Translations under genes and position numbers: made by a program | Notes under the pieces: generated by a model | What the model saw: only the letters and a program-made list of their open reading frames with translations | What the model was told of the DNA's origin: nothing | Databases searched by the model: none | Part shown: piece by piece, positions 63,461 to 64,000 of the stretch | Layout of the letters: the number at the start of each line of letters is the position of its first letter | Position numbering within the stretch: position 1 is the stretch's first letter | From: Lentimicrobiaceae bacterium | GTDB taxonomy: Bacteria; Bacteroidota; Bacteroidia; Bacteroidales; UBA4417 | Direction of reading: 5' to 3' | NCBI GenBank assembly: GCA_031550085.1 | Contig: JAVBOY010000012.1 | Span: forward strand, 83,689-147,688 | Length of the DNA stretch: 64,000 nucleotides

Positions 63461-63871
63461 TTACTTGTTTTGAACGATGATTTTAAACGTTTTCTTCAAC
63501 GATTGGTTTTCGTAGATACTTAAAAAATAACAGCCCGATTGGACGTTGCCGATATCCAGCTTGTAATGGATCTCGTCGCCAATGCTTCCTTGCAACAATA
63601 CGTTACCTGTTATATCCCGGAGCATATACGGGCACCGGACGGCATTGGAAATATATATAAAATCCTGCACCGGATTCGGATAAACAAGTACCGGAGGTGT
63701 TTGTATTTGCAAGGCCAATGTTTCAAGGGCTTTTGTTTCCGGTTTTTGAGCCATTGCAGGGGGAAGGGGAACGGCTTTTTTTCCGGAAGTTATCCAACTA
63801 TAATCGCCCCAAGGTCTCCCGACGGGGTTAAACCATTTATTTTTACGAACTGATATACAGGATATTACCAC
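63461..63871 (-). CDS. small ORF consisting almost only of a T9SS type A C-terminal sorting domain (orphan or remnant)
   Basis: C-terminal VYPNPVQDFIYIS...GNVLLQG...LDIGNVQSGCYFLSI....KTFKIIV is a Por secretion CTD. There is no signal peptide at the listed start. Confidence 0.55.
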   Translation of the reverse strand: MVISCISVRKNKWFNPVGRPWGDYSWITSGKKAVPLPPAMAQKPETKALETLALQIQTPPVLVYPNPVQDFIYISNAVRCPYMLRDITGNVLLQGSIGDEIHYKLDIGNVQSGCYFLSIYENQSLKKTFKIIVQNK

Positions 63872-63936
63872 TTCTTGATTTGAGGTGCTAACGGTTATCT
63901 AACGATTCTCATTCAATTAGTTTCACCATTCATATG

Positions 63937-63944
63937 CAAAGATA
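63937..63944 (-). promoter_or_regulatory. -7 box TATCTTTG upstream of the CTD-only ORF
   Basis: + strand text caaagata, 66 nt upstream of ATG 63871. Confidence 0.35.
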
Positions 63945-64000
63945 CGCATTAAAAAATTCAAGGAAATGAAATTTTTACGCAAGTGAACTTGTCTGTAAAA

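Noticed and set aside
1-64000. tRNA, rRNA, tmRNA, integrase or transposase genes, and prophage or defence-island boundaries
   Set aside because: None of the intergenic regions shows tRNA-like cloverleaf sequences or rRNA similarity by eye, and no translated ORF has recombinase or transposase motifs. The HD phosphohydrolase and the P-loop ATPase look like common Bacteroidota housekeeping or paralogous families rather than recognisable defence systems.

Overview
Chromosomal segment of a Bacteroidota genome. The assignment rests on T9SS type A and type B C-terminal sorting domains, a PorX-type regulator, SprB repeats, TAnnTTTG -7 promoter boxes and the absence of Shine-Dalgarno sequences. It is densely packed with about 57 protein genes, mostly housekeeping: fmt, HU, dnaX, L28, L19, trmD, mgtE, sufBCD, ppdK, dapD, tsaC, a znuACB-like metal ABC transporter and two tandem superoxide dismutases. 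I found no rRNA, tRNA, CRISPR array, transposase or integrase. The only mobile-type trace is a decayed KilA-N gene next to a YD-repeat gene end. Five observations stand out. (1) A modular intergenic repeat family fills the unusually long spacers at 1458-1960, 13196-13595, 15435-15874, 43091-43386 and 46445-47013, with a fragment near 4162. Its orientation always follows the transcription direction of the flanking genes, and one copy splits sufB from sufC. (2) dnaX carries an in-phase A AAA AAA slippery run (nine A) at the tau/gamma boundary, with a stop two codons into the -1 frame. (3) A four-gene operon at 24111-28977 encodes uncharacterised secreted proteins, two of them with a TPR plus beta-rich C-terminal architecture. 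(4) A fragmentary lysine-fermentation cluster (CoA-transferase A, kal, kce) is interrupted by an Arch_ATPase-like gene that is preceded by a perfect 23-bp palindrome. (5) The mgtE leader can form two mutually exclusive hairpins. All functional calls come from reading the translations and from motif memory. No database search was run.
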